This document shows, piece by piece, positions 24,256-36,446 of a DNA stretch of 64,000 nucleotides. Position 1 is the stretch's first letter, and every line of letters begins with the position of its first letter. The DNA is from Eledone cirrhosa (taxonomy: Eukaryota), in NCBI GenBank assembly GCA_964016885.1, contig OZ024761.1:17794001-17858000 (forward strand). Direction: 5' to 3'. The position numbers and the translations under genes were made by a program. Under the pieces are notes generated by a model. The model made no database searches. It saw only the letters and a list, made by a program, of their open reading frames with translations, and had not been told where the DNA came from.

Positions 24256-24460
24256 ATAGGAACGAGTAGGACCCCGACGGCTGAGCTCAAGCCGTTTCGA
24301 CGGCTAATTCTGGACTTCTGCGTCCAGAATTAGCCGTCGAAACGGCTTGAGCTCAGCCGTCGGGGTCCTACTCGTTCCTATTACCCACTCTACTACCCTA
24401 AGTATTGAGTACTTTAGTGCGTTATGGTCCATCTGGTTCCTTACCACATTTCCTTCGTTA
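24256..24460 (+). mobile_element. Fold-back element with hammerhead 3' half, between (TA)n tracts
   Basis: 60-bp perfect arms, loop TTCTGC; GAAAC-GGCT..AGCC-GTC; tail motif CTCTACT..GTATTGAGTAC. Confidence 0.6.
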
Positions 24461-24801
24461 TATATATATATATATAAATAAATATATATATATATATATA
24501 ATATAAGAAAACATTACAGCAATACAACAGGAGGAAACATAATAATATCACTGATGATATTACAGGTGGGTGATGAAAGAACTCTGAGAAACTATATTTA
24601 TATCTATATTTTTAACTGTTGGTCAATCAATGATAAACAATGATTGCCAGCTGAATTAATTATAGAAATATAAAATATACTGAAGCAAAAACCAACCCAA
24701 ACCAAACAGTGAGTGTGTTTTACTATATATTTCTTGCAATGTTATAACAACATGACCGTCCCCAATGATGATGATGAATTAAAAACAGGGGTTAAACTCA
24801 C

Positions 24802-24985
24802 CCATGAGACCAGACTTTTTAACAAGGTCACAAAACACCTCAAAGCTCAACATATTTAACATACAGCCTTCCTGAGTTCCAGGCAGGGTGAGAGTACAGA
24901 TAGTGTCATTGCTCACTGTGTAGCTGCAGTCCTCTCTGATATTCTCCACTAGTGAATAACGGTCCCAACGAAACACGCCTTGAGA
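24802..24985 (-). CDS. CEP192: Cep192 coding exon 16
   Basis: ttacag / GTGAGT, phase 0/1. Confidence 0.82.
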
Positions 24986-25479
24986 CTGTAAAATAATAAT
25001 AATAACAATGATGATTTCATTTATTGGCCACAAGGGCCGACATATAGGGGACAATACAAAGAAAGGGACAGTGGGGGTTTACAATAAAATTTTAGTGAAA
25101 ATACACAATAACAAAACCCATTTAACAATGAAAAGCATATAAAAATATAACAAAATAAATTCCCCTATAGGGAGGGTGAACCACCCAGAGGTGACTTTGG
25201 TAACCCCACCAACACTAATGTTTTCTGATTCAGGCAGAAAAGCAATAATTTTGGAGGGGAAAGTCGATTAAATCAACCCTAATTCTTTACTGGTACTTTA
25301 TTTTATCGACCCACTATGGATGAAAGGGAAAGCTAACCTCGACAGAATTTGCAATAATAACGTAAAGGGTCATAACTCTCTGCCACAAAGCATGTTGTCC
25401 CATGCTCTACCAATAATGCCAATCCAACGCCCTTCTCTTTCTCGTCTAAAGTATGTCTCAAGCCTGGCGGCTCGTCAAG

Positions 25480-25727
25480 CCGGTACTTATCCCGGTTTCA
25501 TGGCATGAAGCAACAGAGCACAAGACTACCCCCTGGACAGAACGCCAGTCCATTGCAGGGTTAAATCCCCAGCTATTGCAGGTACTCATTTTCAGTTGAG
25601 TAAACTGGAGCAACGTGAAATGAAGTGTTTTGCTCAAGAACACAACATATAACCCAGCCCGGGAATTGAACCCATGACATAGTGAATGGAAGTCTGACAC
25701 CCTTACCACTAGTCCACGTGCCTCCAC
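25480..25727 (-). mobile_element. tRNA-derived SINE family C (head related to A, different tail)
   Basis: Similar copies at ~45010-45250 (-) and ~1930-2125 (+). Confidence 0.7.
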
Positions 25728-26186
25728 CTTCTTACTTTAATAATAATTTCTGATTTAGGTACAAGGGAAAGGATTTTTTGGTGAGGAGGGGAAAATTGAT
25801 TAAATTGGTCCCAGTGCATGACTGGTAGTTTATTTTATCGACCAAGTAAGGCTGGAAGGCAAAGCTAGCCTCGGCAGGATTTGCAAGGACATAAAGGGCC
25901 ATAACTCTTTGCCACAAAGCATGTTGTCCAACGCAGTACCAATACTACCAATCCAGTGACTTTCTCTCTCTAACCAATAATTGTTTCTACTTTAGGCACA
26001 AGGCCAGCAATTACCCAGTGCATTACTGGTACTTTATTTTATCGACCCCCGTAGGGATGAAAGGCAAAGTCAACCTCGGCGGGATTTGAACTCAGATCGT
26101 AAAGGGACGTAACTATGCTGGAAAGCATGGCGTCCGACCCTCTACCAAATACTGCCACAATAATGAATGTTTAAAAGTCAACTCAC

Positions 26187-26300
26187 CGAAATCACCAATC
26201 TGAGGGGCAGTTTGGCGCTGCTTTTATTGGCCAGTCTCATTGGTAAGCTCTTACTGGAGCCCCAACTCTGCTGACCAAAATTCAACGACTTTGACTCGAT
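26187..26300 (-). CDS. CEP192: Cep192 coding exon 15
   Basis: tttcag / GTGAGT, phase 0/0, LNFGQQSWGSSKSLPMRLANKS. Confidence 0.9.
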
Positions 26301-27084
26301 CTGAAATATATTTTAATCAATAATATTAATCAATAATATTAATAATAACTGTTTCTACTTTTGGCACAAGGCCAGCAATTATCCCAGTGTATTACTGGTA
26401 TTTTATTTTATCGACCCTGTAAGGATGAAAGGCAAAGTTAACCTCGGCGAGATTTGAACTCAAACCATAAAGGACCGTAACTCTTTGCTGCAAAGCATGG
26501 CGTCCGACCCTCTACCGATACTGCCAATTCAACGCCCTTAATAATAATAATAATAATAATATTAATAATAATAATATTAATAATAACGTTTCTGATTTAG
26601 GCCCAAGGCCAACAATTTTAGGGGAGGAGAAAGTTGATTAAAGCAACTCCATTTGGTTACTGACACTTTATTTTATCAACCCTGTAAGGATGAAAGTTAA
26701 AGCTATAACCTCAACAGGATTTGAACTCAGAACATAAAGGGATGTAACTGTATGCCACAAAGCATGTTGTCCGTTTCTACTTTTGGCACAAGGTCAGCAA
26801 CTTGAAGGGAAGGAGAAAGTCGATTATATTGACCCCAGTGCGCGTTACTGGTCCATTATTTTATCGACCCCTGTAAAGAAAAAACTAACCTTGGCATAAA
26901 CAATTATTTCCAAGATTGGCACAGTTTTTTTTTTGGGGGGGGGGGGTTATGTCAGTCCCCAGTGTGTTACTGGTACTTTATTTTATTGACTCCAATACAG
27001 AACTGTAAGCAGAGTAGATGATTATGATTATTTCATTGGAAATATGCTTTCATGAAAAGGATTTATTAACAGATATCAACTTAC

Positions 27085-27237
27085 ACACAACCTCGGTGCA
27101 TCCGCTATAGCTGTCAACTGTGCATATGCTGCAGGTACTGCTGTGTCAATTTGGTGTCCAGCTGATTCAGTTTGGGTGCAAGGTTCAACTTTGATCTCAG
27201 CCATGTAGGAACCAGGTTCTTGTGGGACAAATATTAT
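27085..27237 (-). CDS. CEP192: Cep192 coding exon 14
   Basis: aag acceptor, GTAAGT donor, phase 0/0, IIFVPQEPGSYMAEI...LTAIADAP. Confidence 0.85.
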
Positions 27238-27301
27238 CTTTAATTGGAAAGAAAGCATTGAGATATCAATGAAAAATATATTAAGTCTTTTGATGTATGT
27301 A

Positions 27302-27501
27302 CGGAGGGTCGGCTGGAAATGTCATAGGCTGACTATGAAGGAGTGATGCTAGAGCTGTGAAATCTTGCAAGCATTAATTTCAACTCTTCTTATTAATAAC
27401 TGCATGGTTTCTTTTCTAGGACTATGTCGAAAAATAAAACTCATTTGATCAGTCCATGAGAGTATCTTGGTCAACCCTATGAACATTTTAGCCGACCCTC
27501 G
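27302..27501. mobile_element. Tc1/mariner-type MITE
   Basis: TA flanks; ~30-bp TIRs GAGGGTCGGCTG..TCATAGG; relatives at ~22.6-22.8 kb and 52.8-53.1 kb. Confidence 0.75.
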
Positions 27502-27649
27502 TATGTATGGTCCTACAACTCCCAAGAGAGTCATAGGGGTTCCATATTAACATTACAGCGTTTCTAGAGTACTTTTTTAAAACCTAGCAGAGCCTATCCC
27601 TTCTCCAGCAGATTTCTTCCAGAGAAGGCTAGAAAGTGGGAGAATGGAT

Positions 27650-29092
27650 CATCATCATCATCATCATCACCGTTTTACGTCCGTTCTTCCACGCTAGCAT
27701 GGGTTAGACGGGTTGTCCTGTTGTGGGCAGTGTCTGGTCGGCTGACCATGCCTTGCTCATACAGGAACTGATCTGGCTTGATTTCTACAGCTGGATGCCC
27801 TTCCTAACACCAACCTCATTTACAGTGAGTGCTGGGTGCTTTTTCGTGGCGCCTACACGTCCACTTTACAGTGTGGGCTGGGTGCTTTTTTGCCGTGGCA
27901 CCTCCACGACCACCTTGCGGTGGGGGGGGGGGGGGGGGGCATATTGTTTATATGCTTCAGCATGTACCCATGGGAGGTCGGGTACCCTGTATTACTGCGT
28001 GACGCCAGAAGTCACGGTCGTGTGTCATTGACTTTGAGAGGTGTAGTTGGGTAAGGTCGGCTTTTATCACCTCATCCCAAGTCATCTTGGGTCTCCCCAC
28101 TCCGCGGTTTCCATCAACTTCTAGTGCTCTGCACCTTTTTATGCAGCTGTCATCCTTCATACGCATCACATGTCCATACCAGCGTAACCGCCTCTCCTGC
28201 ACGCAGCATTTGATTCCTCTTATGCTCAGTCTCTCTCTCAATTCATTTATGCTTTGTCGTTCACGTATATTACTGTTACACATCCATCGGAGCATGCAGG
28301 CTTCGTTTCTCTCTAATCTACGTAAGTCTTCCACCTTCAGCGCCCAGGTCTCACTACCATGCAACATCGCTGTTCGGATACACGCATCATACAGTCTGCC
28401 TTTCATTCTGAGGGAGAAGCCTTTTGCAGCTAGCAGTGGTAGTAGTTCCCTAAACTTCTTCCATCCCGTTCTTACCCTAGTTATTGTACTTTCTGAGCAC
28501 CCACCTCCGTTGCTAATTCGGTCACCTAGGTAGCAGAAGCTGTCTACTGTTTCTACAGGGCCCTCCCAGAGATTGGTGGTACTTGTTTCCTGTGGCTGTT
28601 TGCTTGCTGTTTCAGCACAGCTGCTGCATGTGAATCCTACATTCTTAATTAAGCTTCCTGAGATCCCGCTACATCTCTTGTGTACCCATTGTTTGCATTT
28701 GGGGCAAAGAATGGAGTTCCTACCTACACCTTTCCTACATACTGAGCAAGGCCATTTCCCTGAGGGGATCTGGGTTCTGTTTTCTCGTCTACTTATAAGG
28801 ACCTTAGTCTTTGTCATGTTGACTTTGAGGCCCTTTCTCTCTAGTCCCTGCTTCCAGGTTTGGAATTTATTCTCTAGTTCTACCATAGATTCAGCTATGA
28901 GTGCGAGGTCATCAGCATACAGGAGTTCCCATGGGCATCCGGTCTTAAACTCCTCCGTTATTGCCTGCAGGACTATGATGAACAGGAGAGGGCTAAGAAC
29001 AGAGCCCTGGTGGACCCCAACCTGTACGCTAAATTCCTCGCTATACTCATTGCCAATCCTAACTTTGCTGACTGCTCCCCTATACATGGCTT
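27650..29092 (-). mobile_element. 5'-truncated RTE LINE with uninterrupted ORF end, 3' UTR and (ATG)n tail
   Basis: ~375 open codons: QGSVLSP, YADD, Cys/His finger, RLRWYGHVMR. Confidence 0.95.
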
Positions 29093-29539
29093 GTAATGGA
29101 TGTGAAAAAGAATGGACCCCAGTACTGGACAGGTACTTATCGACCTCGAATGGATGAAAGGCAAAGTTGACCTCGGTAGAACTTGATCTCTGAAAGCAGT
29201 GAGCCAAAACGAATGCTGCAAATCATTCTGACATTTTAATGGCTGCCAATTAAAAAAAAACAGAATGAGTAGAGATAAATGCCTTAATCGTTTAGCTGTA
29301 TCCGGCCACAAGTCTCTCACCTCTTTCTGTTAAAACTGGCCATAATCGGCTGCTCATACTTATGTTAAGGTATTGTTCTCAAAATAAATAATATCAAAAT
29401 CTCATAGATTCGATATTATGTGAGATATAGTGTTTACTATGAAAATACAATAGTATGTATAGAGTAATGTAAATGTTAAAGGGCTCAAAAAATTTGTTTA
29501 ATGTACTAAAGATTTAGCCAACCCACTAATTATCCTAAC

Positions 29540-30572
29540 AACAGCACAAGCCAATCAACCCCAGTACATGACTGGTACTTTATTTTATTGACCCTTGGAG
29601 GCAAGGTTTACCTTAGCAAGATTAAAAGGCCGTAACTAAATGCTGCAAAGCAGTTTGGTCGACACTAAACTCTGCCAATCCAATAAAATAATAACAATAA
29701 TAATAATCATTTCTGATTTAGGCTAAGAATTTTTTGGGGGGCGTGGGGGGGGGGGGGGGGGGATTAAATCGACCCCAGTACATTACTGGTACTTTATTCT
29801 ATTGGGGAGGCCCATAAGGATGAAAGGCAAAGCTAACCTCGGAGGGAGTAGAACTCAGAACGTAAAGGGCCGTAATTCCATGCCGTGAAGCATGTTGTCT
29901 GACACTCTACCGATACTGCCAATCCAACACCCTAATAATAACAATAATACTATAATAATAGGTGCTCAAGGAATGATTAAGAAGCACAGACACATACATA
30001 GCCAAAACCCCAGTTCTTATAAATATATACAGCATACAAAAGATAGCACTACTAGGCACTGCACATATATTACGAAAAGTACTATCAATACAATAGAAAC
30101 ATCAGCAAAAACTACACTGCACATACCCAACGTGCACAGAGGTGTGCTCTGTAAAGCAGTATTGATGCACAATAAAAATAATAATGGAAATAAAAATAAT
30201 AATTGTTTCTACTTTTGGCACAAGGCCAGCAATTACCCAGTGTATTACTGGTACTTTATTTTATCGACCCCGTAAGGATGAAAGGCAAAGTTAACCTCGG
30301 CGGGATTTGAACTCAGAATGGCAAGGGACGTAACTCTATGCGTCAAAGCATGGCGTCCGACCCTCTACCGATACTGCCATAATTGTTTCTACTTTTGGCA
30401 CAAGGCCAGCAATTAACCCAGTGTATTACTGGTACTTTATTTTATCGACCACGTAAGGATGAAAGGCAAAGTTAACCTCGGCGGGATTTGAACTCAGAAT
30501 GGCAAGGGACGTAACTCTATGCGTCAAAGCATGGCGTCCGACCCTCTACCGATACTGCCAATCCATCGCCCT
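29540..30572 (-). mobile_element. Cluster of SINE family B, including a near-exact ~180-bp tandem pair
   Basis: 30200-30378 duplicated at 30380-30560. Confidence 0.8.
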
Positions 30573-30598
30573 TTATGATAATAATAATGGACTCATAC

Positions 30599-33480
30599 CT
30601 CATAGTCTTTCTCTTCCAATGGACTCAGTACAAGTTTAGGTTTCATAATGAAGGGACAGTTGTCTGGGGAGCTCAGCTCCTGGCTGTTAACCAATACGTG
30701 AATCAATTCAATGTGGCACTCCACCCAGTAGTCACACCGATTCCGGATAGTTATAGAACACTTCTGAGAAATACCGATACAACAATCAGAGAACTTGGCA
30801 GATGGCGTCACCTCCAGAAGAGGCTCCCACTGGAAGCGTGCCACCGTATTGGAGCCCGTCGTAACGCAGGTGCCATTTCTGTTGAGGACCGGTTGATCTA
30901 CGGAATGGAAATCGTTGTCGGCCAGGACAGAAATAAAAGGGTTCAACTGAGTTTGTTCGAGGGGTTCTTCCATGATAGTTTTCCACATCTTCGACTCGTT
31001 CATTCCTATGTAATTGTAGTCCTGCTCCGTTTTGTCAGTGTCCTGGTAGTTCCTATCCGGTCTACTGGGCCAGCTACATGGGTGCATAGTATCATCAGTG
31101 AATTTCTTAGGGCCCCAAACTGGTTCCACATTGGCTGCATATGGTTTGTTCGGTTCTGGTTTAGTCAGAGAGGAAGAATGGAGTCTTCCTGGAGAGTTGT
31201 TTTGTGGGTCCTTGTTGAATGCCAAATGACGTTGCAAGTTGTCTTCGTTGGTGTCAGTTCTGGATCTCTCGGAATATCGGCTTGGAGGAATGTAGAAGCT
31301 CCGGTCCGGGGTGACAGCTTTATTGAGGTCTTCTTCCTCGGCCTGAAAAAACTCGTCCTGGTGTCGGATCTCTTTGCTGTCCTGGGGGAATGACACGTGC
31401 TTGTGAGATGTTGACGTCACCAGTGTGGAGTGCTCTTTTCTTCGAGGACCACCAGCAGCAATGCTAACGGAACCAGTTGATTTTGGAACAGTGTGCACTG
31501 TATGAGTGAACGCTGAATTGGAAGAAGACCTGCTCTGTATGGAGTTGGTCACATGCACTCCTGGAGAAAATCTATTTGGTATGGAGCTGGTAGCTGGTAT
31601 CCCTGGAGAAGATCTGGTTTGTGTGGAGTTGGTGGCTGGCACTCCTGGAGTAGATCTGGTTTGTGTGGAGTTGGTGACTGGCACTCTTGGAGAAGATCTG
31701 GTATGTGTGGAGTTGGTGGCTGGCATTCCCGGAGAAGATCTGGTATGTGTGGAGTTGGTGGCTGGCATTCCCGGAGAAGATCTGGTATGTGTGGAGTTGG
31801 TGGCTGGCACTCCTGGAGAAGATCTGGTATGTGTGGAGTTGGTGGCTGGCACTCCTGGAGAAGATCTGGTATGTTTGGAGTTGGTGGCTGGCACACTTGG
31901 AGAAGATCTGGTATGTGTGGAGTTAGTGGCTGGCACTCCTGGAGAAGATCTGGTATGTGTGGAGTTGGTGGCTGGCACACTTGGAGAAGATCTGGTATGT
32001 TTGGAGTTGGTGGCTGGCACTTCCAGAGAAGATCTGGTATGTGTGGAGTTAGTGGCTGGCACTCCTGGAGAAGATCTGGTATGTGTGGAGTTGGTGGCTG
32101 GCACTCCCGGAGAAGATCTGGTATGTATGGAGTTGGTGGCTGGCACTTCCGGAAAACATCTGGTATGTTTGGAGTTGGTGGCTGGCACTTCCAGAGAAGA
32201 TCTGGTATGTTTGGAGTTGGTGGCTGGCACTTCCAGAGAAGATCTGGTATGTTTGGAGTTGGTGGCTGGCACTTCCAGAGAAGATCTGGTATGTTTGGAG
32301 TTGGTGGCTGCCACTTCCAGAGAAGATCTGGTATGTATGGAGTTGGTGGCTGGCACTCCTGAAGAAGACCTGCTTTGTATGGAACTGGTAGCTGGTATCC
32401 CTGGAGAAGGTACACTTTGCACAGAGTGAGTAAAAGCTGCATCGGGAGGAGACCTATGCTGAATGGAGCCAGTTGAACGCATAGTTTGCATGGATACACT
32501 TCGTACGGAGCCAGAAGCAGGCACACTTGGAGATTGTTCTGTTTGAGTGGCATGAGTAAATGTAGGAAATGCACTTCCAGGGATACTGACAGGTGTGTCA
32601 AAAGGTGTGGCTCCTAAGCTTTGAGAAGTAAAGGCTCCTGAAAATGGAGCCTGAAATGAACTTTCTTGTGATGATGACATAACCGAAGGAAAGTGTATAT
32701 ATTTTGGTGTTGGCCAAGAAGGAACTCTCTGGGTGATTCTAGAACTTGCTTTAGACATAGAACTAAGTTTCTGGGAGGTTGTGGAACGTGCTCTTGGCGA
32801 AGATGGGCCTTTATTGAGTGTTGTAGAATTTGGTGTTGACAAAGAAGGAATTTTCTGAGTAAGTCCTGAAGTCGGTGAGCACAGAACTCTTTGATTGTTT
32901 ATAGAACTTGGTGCTGATGATGACGGCACTTTCTTGGTGTGTCTAGATCTCGATGCTGATGAAGACAAAATTTTCTCATTTGAAGGATTTTGTGTCGTTG
33001 ATAATGAACCTTTTCGAGTGTGTGTGGAACTTGGCACTGATGACAATGGAACTTTCTCTACAAATCTATAGCTATGATCCAGGGACCAGTCTTTCAGTGT
33101 ATCCATACTCAATTCAGATTCAGTTTCATAAGTCGGTATAAAGAGGCCGTCATTGTTCAAATGGTGCAGAACTTTCCGATGTGGAATCAAATCCTGTGTA
33201 GCATCTATGTGATGAAGCTGCTGCGATGAGCTATTCAACGTCGGACCACTATTACAGCTGTTAGTGATGTCAGCTTCTGGTAACTCCGTTCTGTGATGTC
33301 TTGAGTCCATCTGATGGGAGGACTCTTTCTTCTGCACGCCTACCTTAACTCTAGATCTGGCGTTAAGGTGGGACACGAATCTGGACACCATTTCATCTGT
33401 GGTTAATGACATGCTGGCTGTGTTGATCACATCGGAGATCAAACTGTTACTAATGAGAGACTGTGAAACCAGGTTTTCAT
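30599..33480 (-). CDS. CEP192: Cep192 coding exon 13 (2882 nt, S/T-rich disordered region, 14-aa repeats, start of first ASH repeat)
   Basis: ttttcag / GTATGA, phase 1/0; contains the 949-aa ORF; ends in CCIGISQKCSITIRN...KLVLSP. Confidence 0.88.
31515..32400 (-). repeat. Coding 42-bp tandem repeat, ~21 copies
   Basis: PATNS(T/K/I)HTRSS(P/L)xV units in exon 13. Confidence 0.97.
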
Positions 33481-34219
33481 CTGAAAAGAATCAAGGACAA
33501 TATTTATATATATACTAGCTGAATGACCCAGCTGTTCTTATTCAGATTAGTAAACAACAAATATGGAGATATTTTTTTTTTCTCAATTATTTCAAAATAT
33601 CTACATTTTTTATAAAAGAAATATCAAAATTGTAATGATAATAGAATTTAGAAATGAAAATCTGTCAATTTTGAAGCACCTCCGGGTAAACAATATTCAT
33701 TGTGTAATTTTTTGTGGGTGTCCAAATGAATAAATTGTTGCTACTTCCAACTTTTGAGCAACTGTTGACCGTGGGAGAAACGTAGTAGAGAGATCAAGTC
33801 CAACTACCTTGAGGTATTGACCCTGAGATTTGTTAATTGAAATAACAAAACTTAGTTTGACTGGTAACTGAAGCCTCTTGACCCTTTAACATTTACATTA
33901 CTCTATATATACTATTGTATTTTTGTGGTAAAGGCTTTATCTTATATAATTATCTCACATAATATCAAATCTATGAGATTTTGATATTATTTATTTTGAG
34001 AACAATACCTTAATATTAGTATGAGTGGCCGGTTTGAACAGGAGGTGAGACAATTCTGGCCGGATGCAGCCAGTTTGAATACTAACCTCACATACACTCA
34101 CACACATACTTGTCAGTCACCACATATGTATATGTAGATGTGTGTGTGTGTTTAATTATCTCTGTATCTGATTAACAATTTACATGAAGATGTATACTCT
34201 TCTACTCTTCCTTTGTTAT

Positions 34220-34582
34220 ATCATCATCATCACCGTTTTACGTCCGTTCTTCCACACTAGCATGGGTTAGACGGGTTGTCCTGTTGTGGGCAGTGTCTAG
34301 TCGGCTGACCATGCCTTGCTCATACAGGAACTGATTTGGCTTGATTTCTACAGCTGGATGCCCTTCCTAACACCAATCTCATTTACAGTGAGTGCTGGGT
34401 GCTTTTTCGTGGCGCCTACACGTCCACTTTACAGTGTGGGCTGGGTGCTTTTTTGCCGTGGCACCTCCACGACCACCTTGCGGTGGGGGGTGGGGGGGCA
34501 TATTGTCTATATGCTTCAGCTTGTACCCATGGGAGGTCGGGTACTCTGTAAATATATATATATATATATCTGTATATATATA

Positions 34583-34621
<39 letters not shown>

Positions 34622-34955
34622 GTATATATATATATATATATATATATCATCATCATCATCATCATCACCGTTTTACGTCCGTTCTTCCACGCTAGCATGG
34701 GTTAGACGGGTTGTCCTGTTGTGGGCAGTGTCTGGTCGGCTGACCATGCCTTGCTCATACAGGAACTGATTTGGCTTGATTTCTACAGCTGGATGCCCTT
34801 CCTAACACCAACCTCATTTACAGTGAGTGCTGGGTGCTTTTTCGTGGCGCCTACACGTCCACTTTACAGTGTGGGCTGGGTGCTTTTTTGCCGTGGCGCC
34901 TCCACGACCACCTTGCGGTGGGGGAGGGGGGGGCATATTGTTTATATGCTTCAGC
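34220..34955 (-). mobile_element. Two tandem RTE 3' UTR fragments separated by (TA)n
   Basis: Near-identical copies at ~34220-34548 and ~34646-34955. Confidence 0.85.
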
Positions 34956-35073
34956 ATATATATATATATATATATACACACAACACACTTTCTACTAGTC
35001 TCTCAGAACACATCATCATCATACGGCGTAAAATGATGATGATGATGAAGAAATAAGAAATTCACAAACATAC

Positions 35074-35338
35074 CAGACTTATCATTTTCCAAAGCAACAT
35101 CATTGTCCACATTATCATTCTCACCATTGTCAGATATTTGTGGTTGTTCACAATATGGTAGAGAGGAAGTCAGCTCGGGATCTGCTGCACTTGAATTCTC
35201 CTGGTTCTTCAGTGTTGACGTAAACAGCGGCTGTTGTACATCCTGCAGCTGCTCAGATGTAATTGTGCTCGCTTCTGCATCTGGTGTATCCTCCAGGATA
35301 GGTAGACAAGCAACCGACATGGATTTATTTGTAAGAAA
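35074..35338 (-). CDS. CEP192: Cep192 coding exon 12
   Basis: tttcag / GTATGT, phase 0/1, FLTNKSMSVACLPILED. Confidence 0.8.
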
Positions 35339-35727
35339 CTGAAAGAGAGACACATACAGGTAAGTCATTGGTTAATTAATTCATTTATGGCTAAATTAAC
35401 AAAGAAATAAGTTGTGTGTATGGACCCATAACTCCTGAGTGGGTTGTAGGAGGGCCATATTGACATACAGGCATTTCTAAGGAATTTTTGAAAATCTGAC
35501 AGAGCTGATACCTTCACCAGGTCTGAATACAGCAGATTTCTTCTAGAGAAGGATAGAGAGTGAGAGAATAGAAGTGAGAAAGAGATATAGAGGAAGAATC
35601 AACCCCAGTACTTAACTGGTACTTTTTTAGCGACCTTAAATAGATGAAAGGCAAAGTTGACCTCAGAAGAAATATATCACTGAACATAATGAAACATTTC
35701 ATTAAAAAAACACAAATGAACCGCTTT

Positions 35728-35850
35728 TAACCCTTTCATCATCACCATTTATCATCTATTTTCAACCCTTTCATCATCACCATTTATCATCTATTTTCAA
35801 CCCTTTCATCATCACCATTTAGCATCTATTTCCAAGCCTTTCATCATCAC
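35728..35850. repeat. 35-bp tandem repeat, ~3.5 copies
   Basis: AACCCTTTCATCATCACCATTTATCATCTATTTTC. Confidence 0.85.
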
Positions 35851-36065
35851 CAAGCCAGAATCAGTTCCCGTCCCACCCTTGCAAGCAGGGAAAAGCGGAC
35901 AAAAAATGATGATGATGATGTGTGCGTGTGTATATATATTTACACACACACACATGTATATATATGTATGTGTGTATTTATATTTACACACACACATATA
36001 TATATGTGTGTGTGTGTGTGTATATATTTACACACACACACACATTATATAATATATATATATAT

Positions 36066-36410
36066 GGAGGCACATGGCTTAGTGGTTAGAGCATTGGCCT
36101 TGCAATCGAAAGGTTGTGAGTTCAATTCTCAGACGGGTGATGTATTGTTTCCTTGAGCAAGACACTTTATTTCACATTGCTCCAGTTTGCTCAGCTGTAG
36201 AAATGAGATGATCAGGGCTGGGGTCCCTATCATTCCACTGCAAAGTGGTCGTGGAGGTGCCACAGCAAAAAAGCAGCCAGCACTCACTGTAAATGAGGTT
36301 GGTGTTAGGAAGGGCATCCAGCTGTAGAAATCAAGCCAGAATTAGTTCCCGTCCCACCCTTGCAAGCAGGGAAAAAGCGGGCGTAAAATGAAATGATGAT
36401 GATGAAATGA
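36066..36410 (+). mobile_element. SINE family A, full length
   Basis: Near-identical to 7275-7613. Confidence 0.9.
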
Positions 36411-36446
36411 TAAGCAAAGGGGGTTAATGAATTGCTAAAAACCTAC

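Larger units (their letters stand above)
25215..26990 (-). mobile_element. Cluster of SINE family B copies around exon 15
   Basis: Repeated GGCACAAGGCCAGCAATT...GATGAAAGGCAAAG..CCTCGGCGGGATTTGAAC units with (ATT)n tails. Confidence 0.8.

Noticed and set aside
30575-31393. 272-aa plus-strand ORF
   Set aside because: Antisense shadow of exon 13 with no recognisable motif
31506-32601. Overlapping alternative-frame and antisense ORFs (307, 350, 269 aa)
   Set aside because: By-products of a stop-free 42-bp repeat; only the 949-aa frame splices in phase
36066-36140. SINE heads as tRNA genes
   Set aside because: A/B boxes present but no proper acceptor stem; they continue into the SINE body
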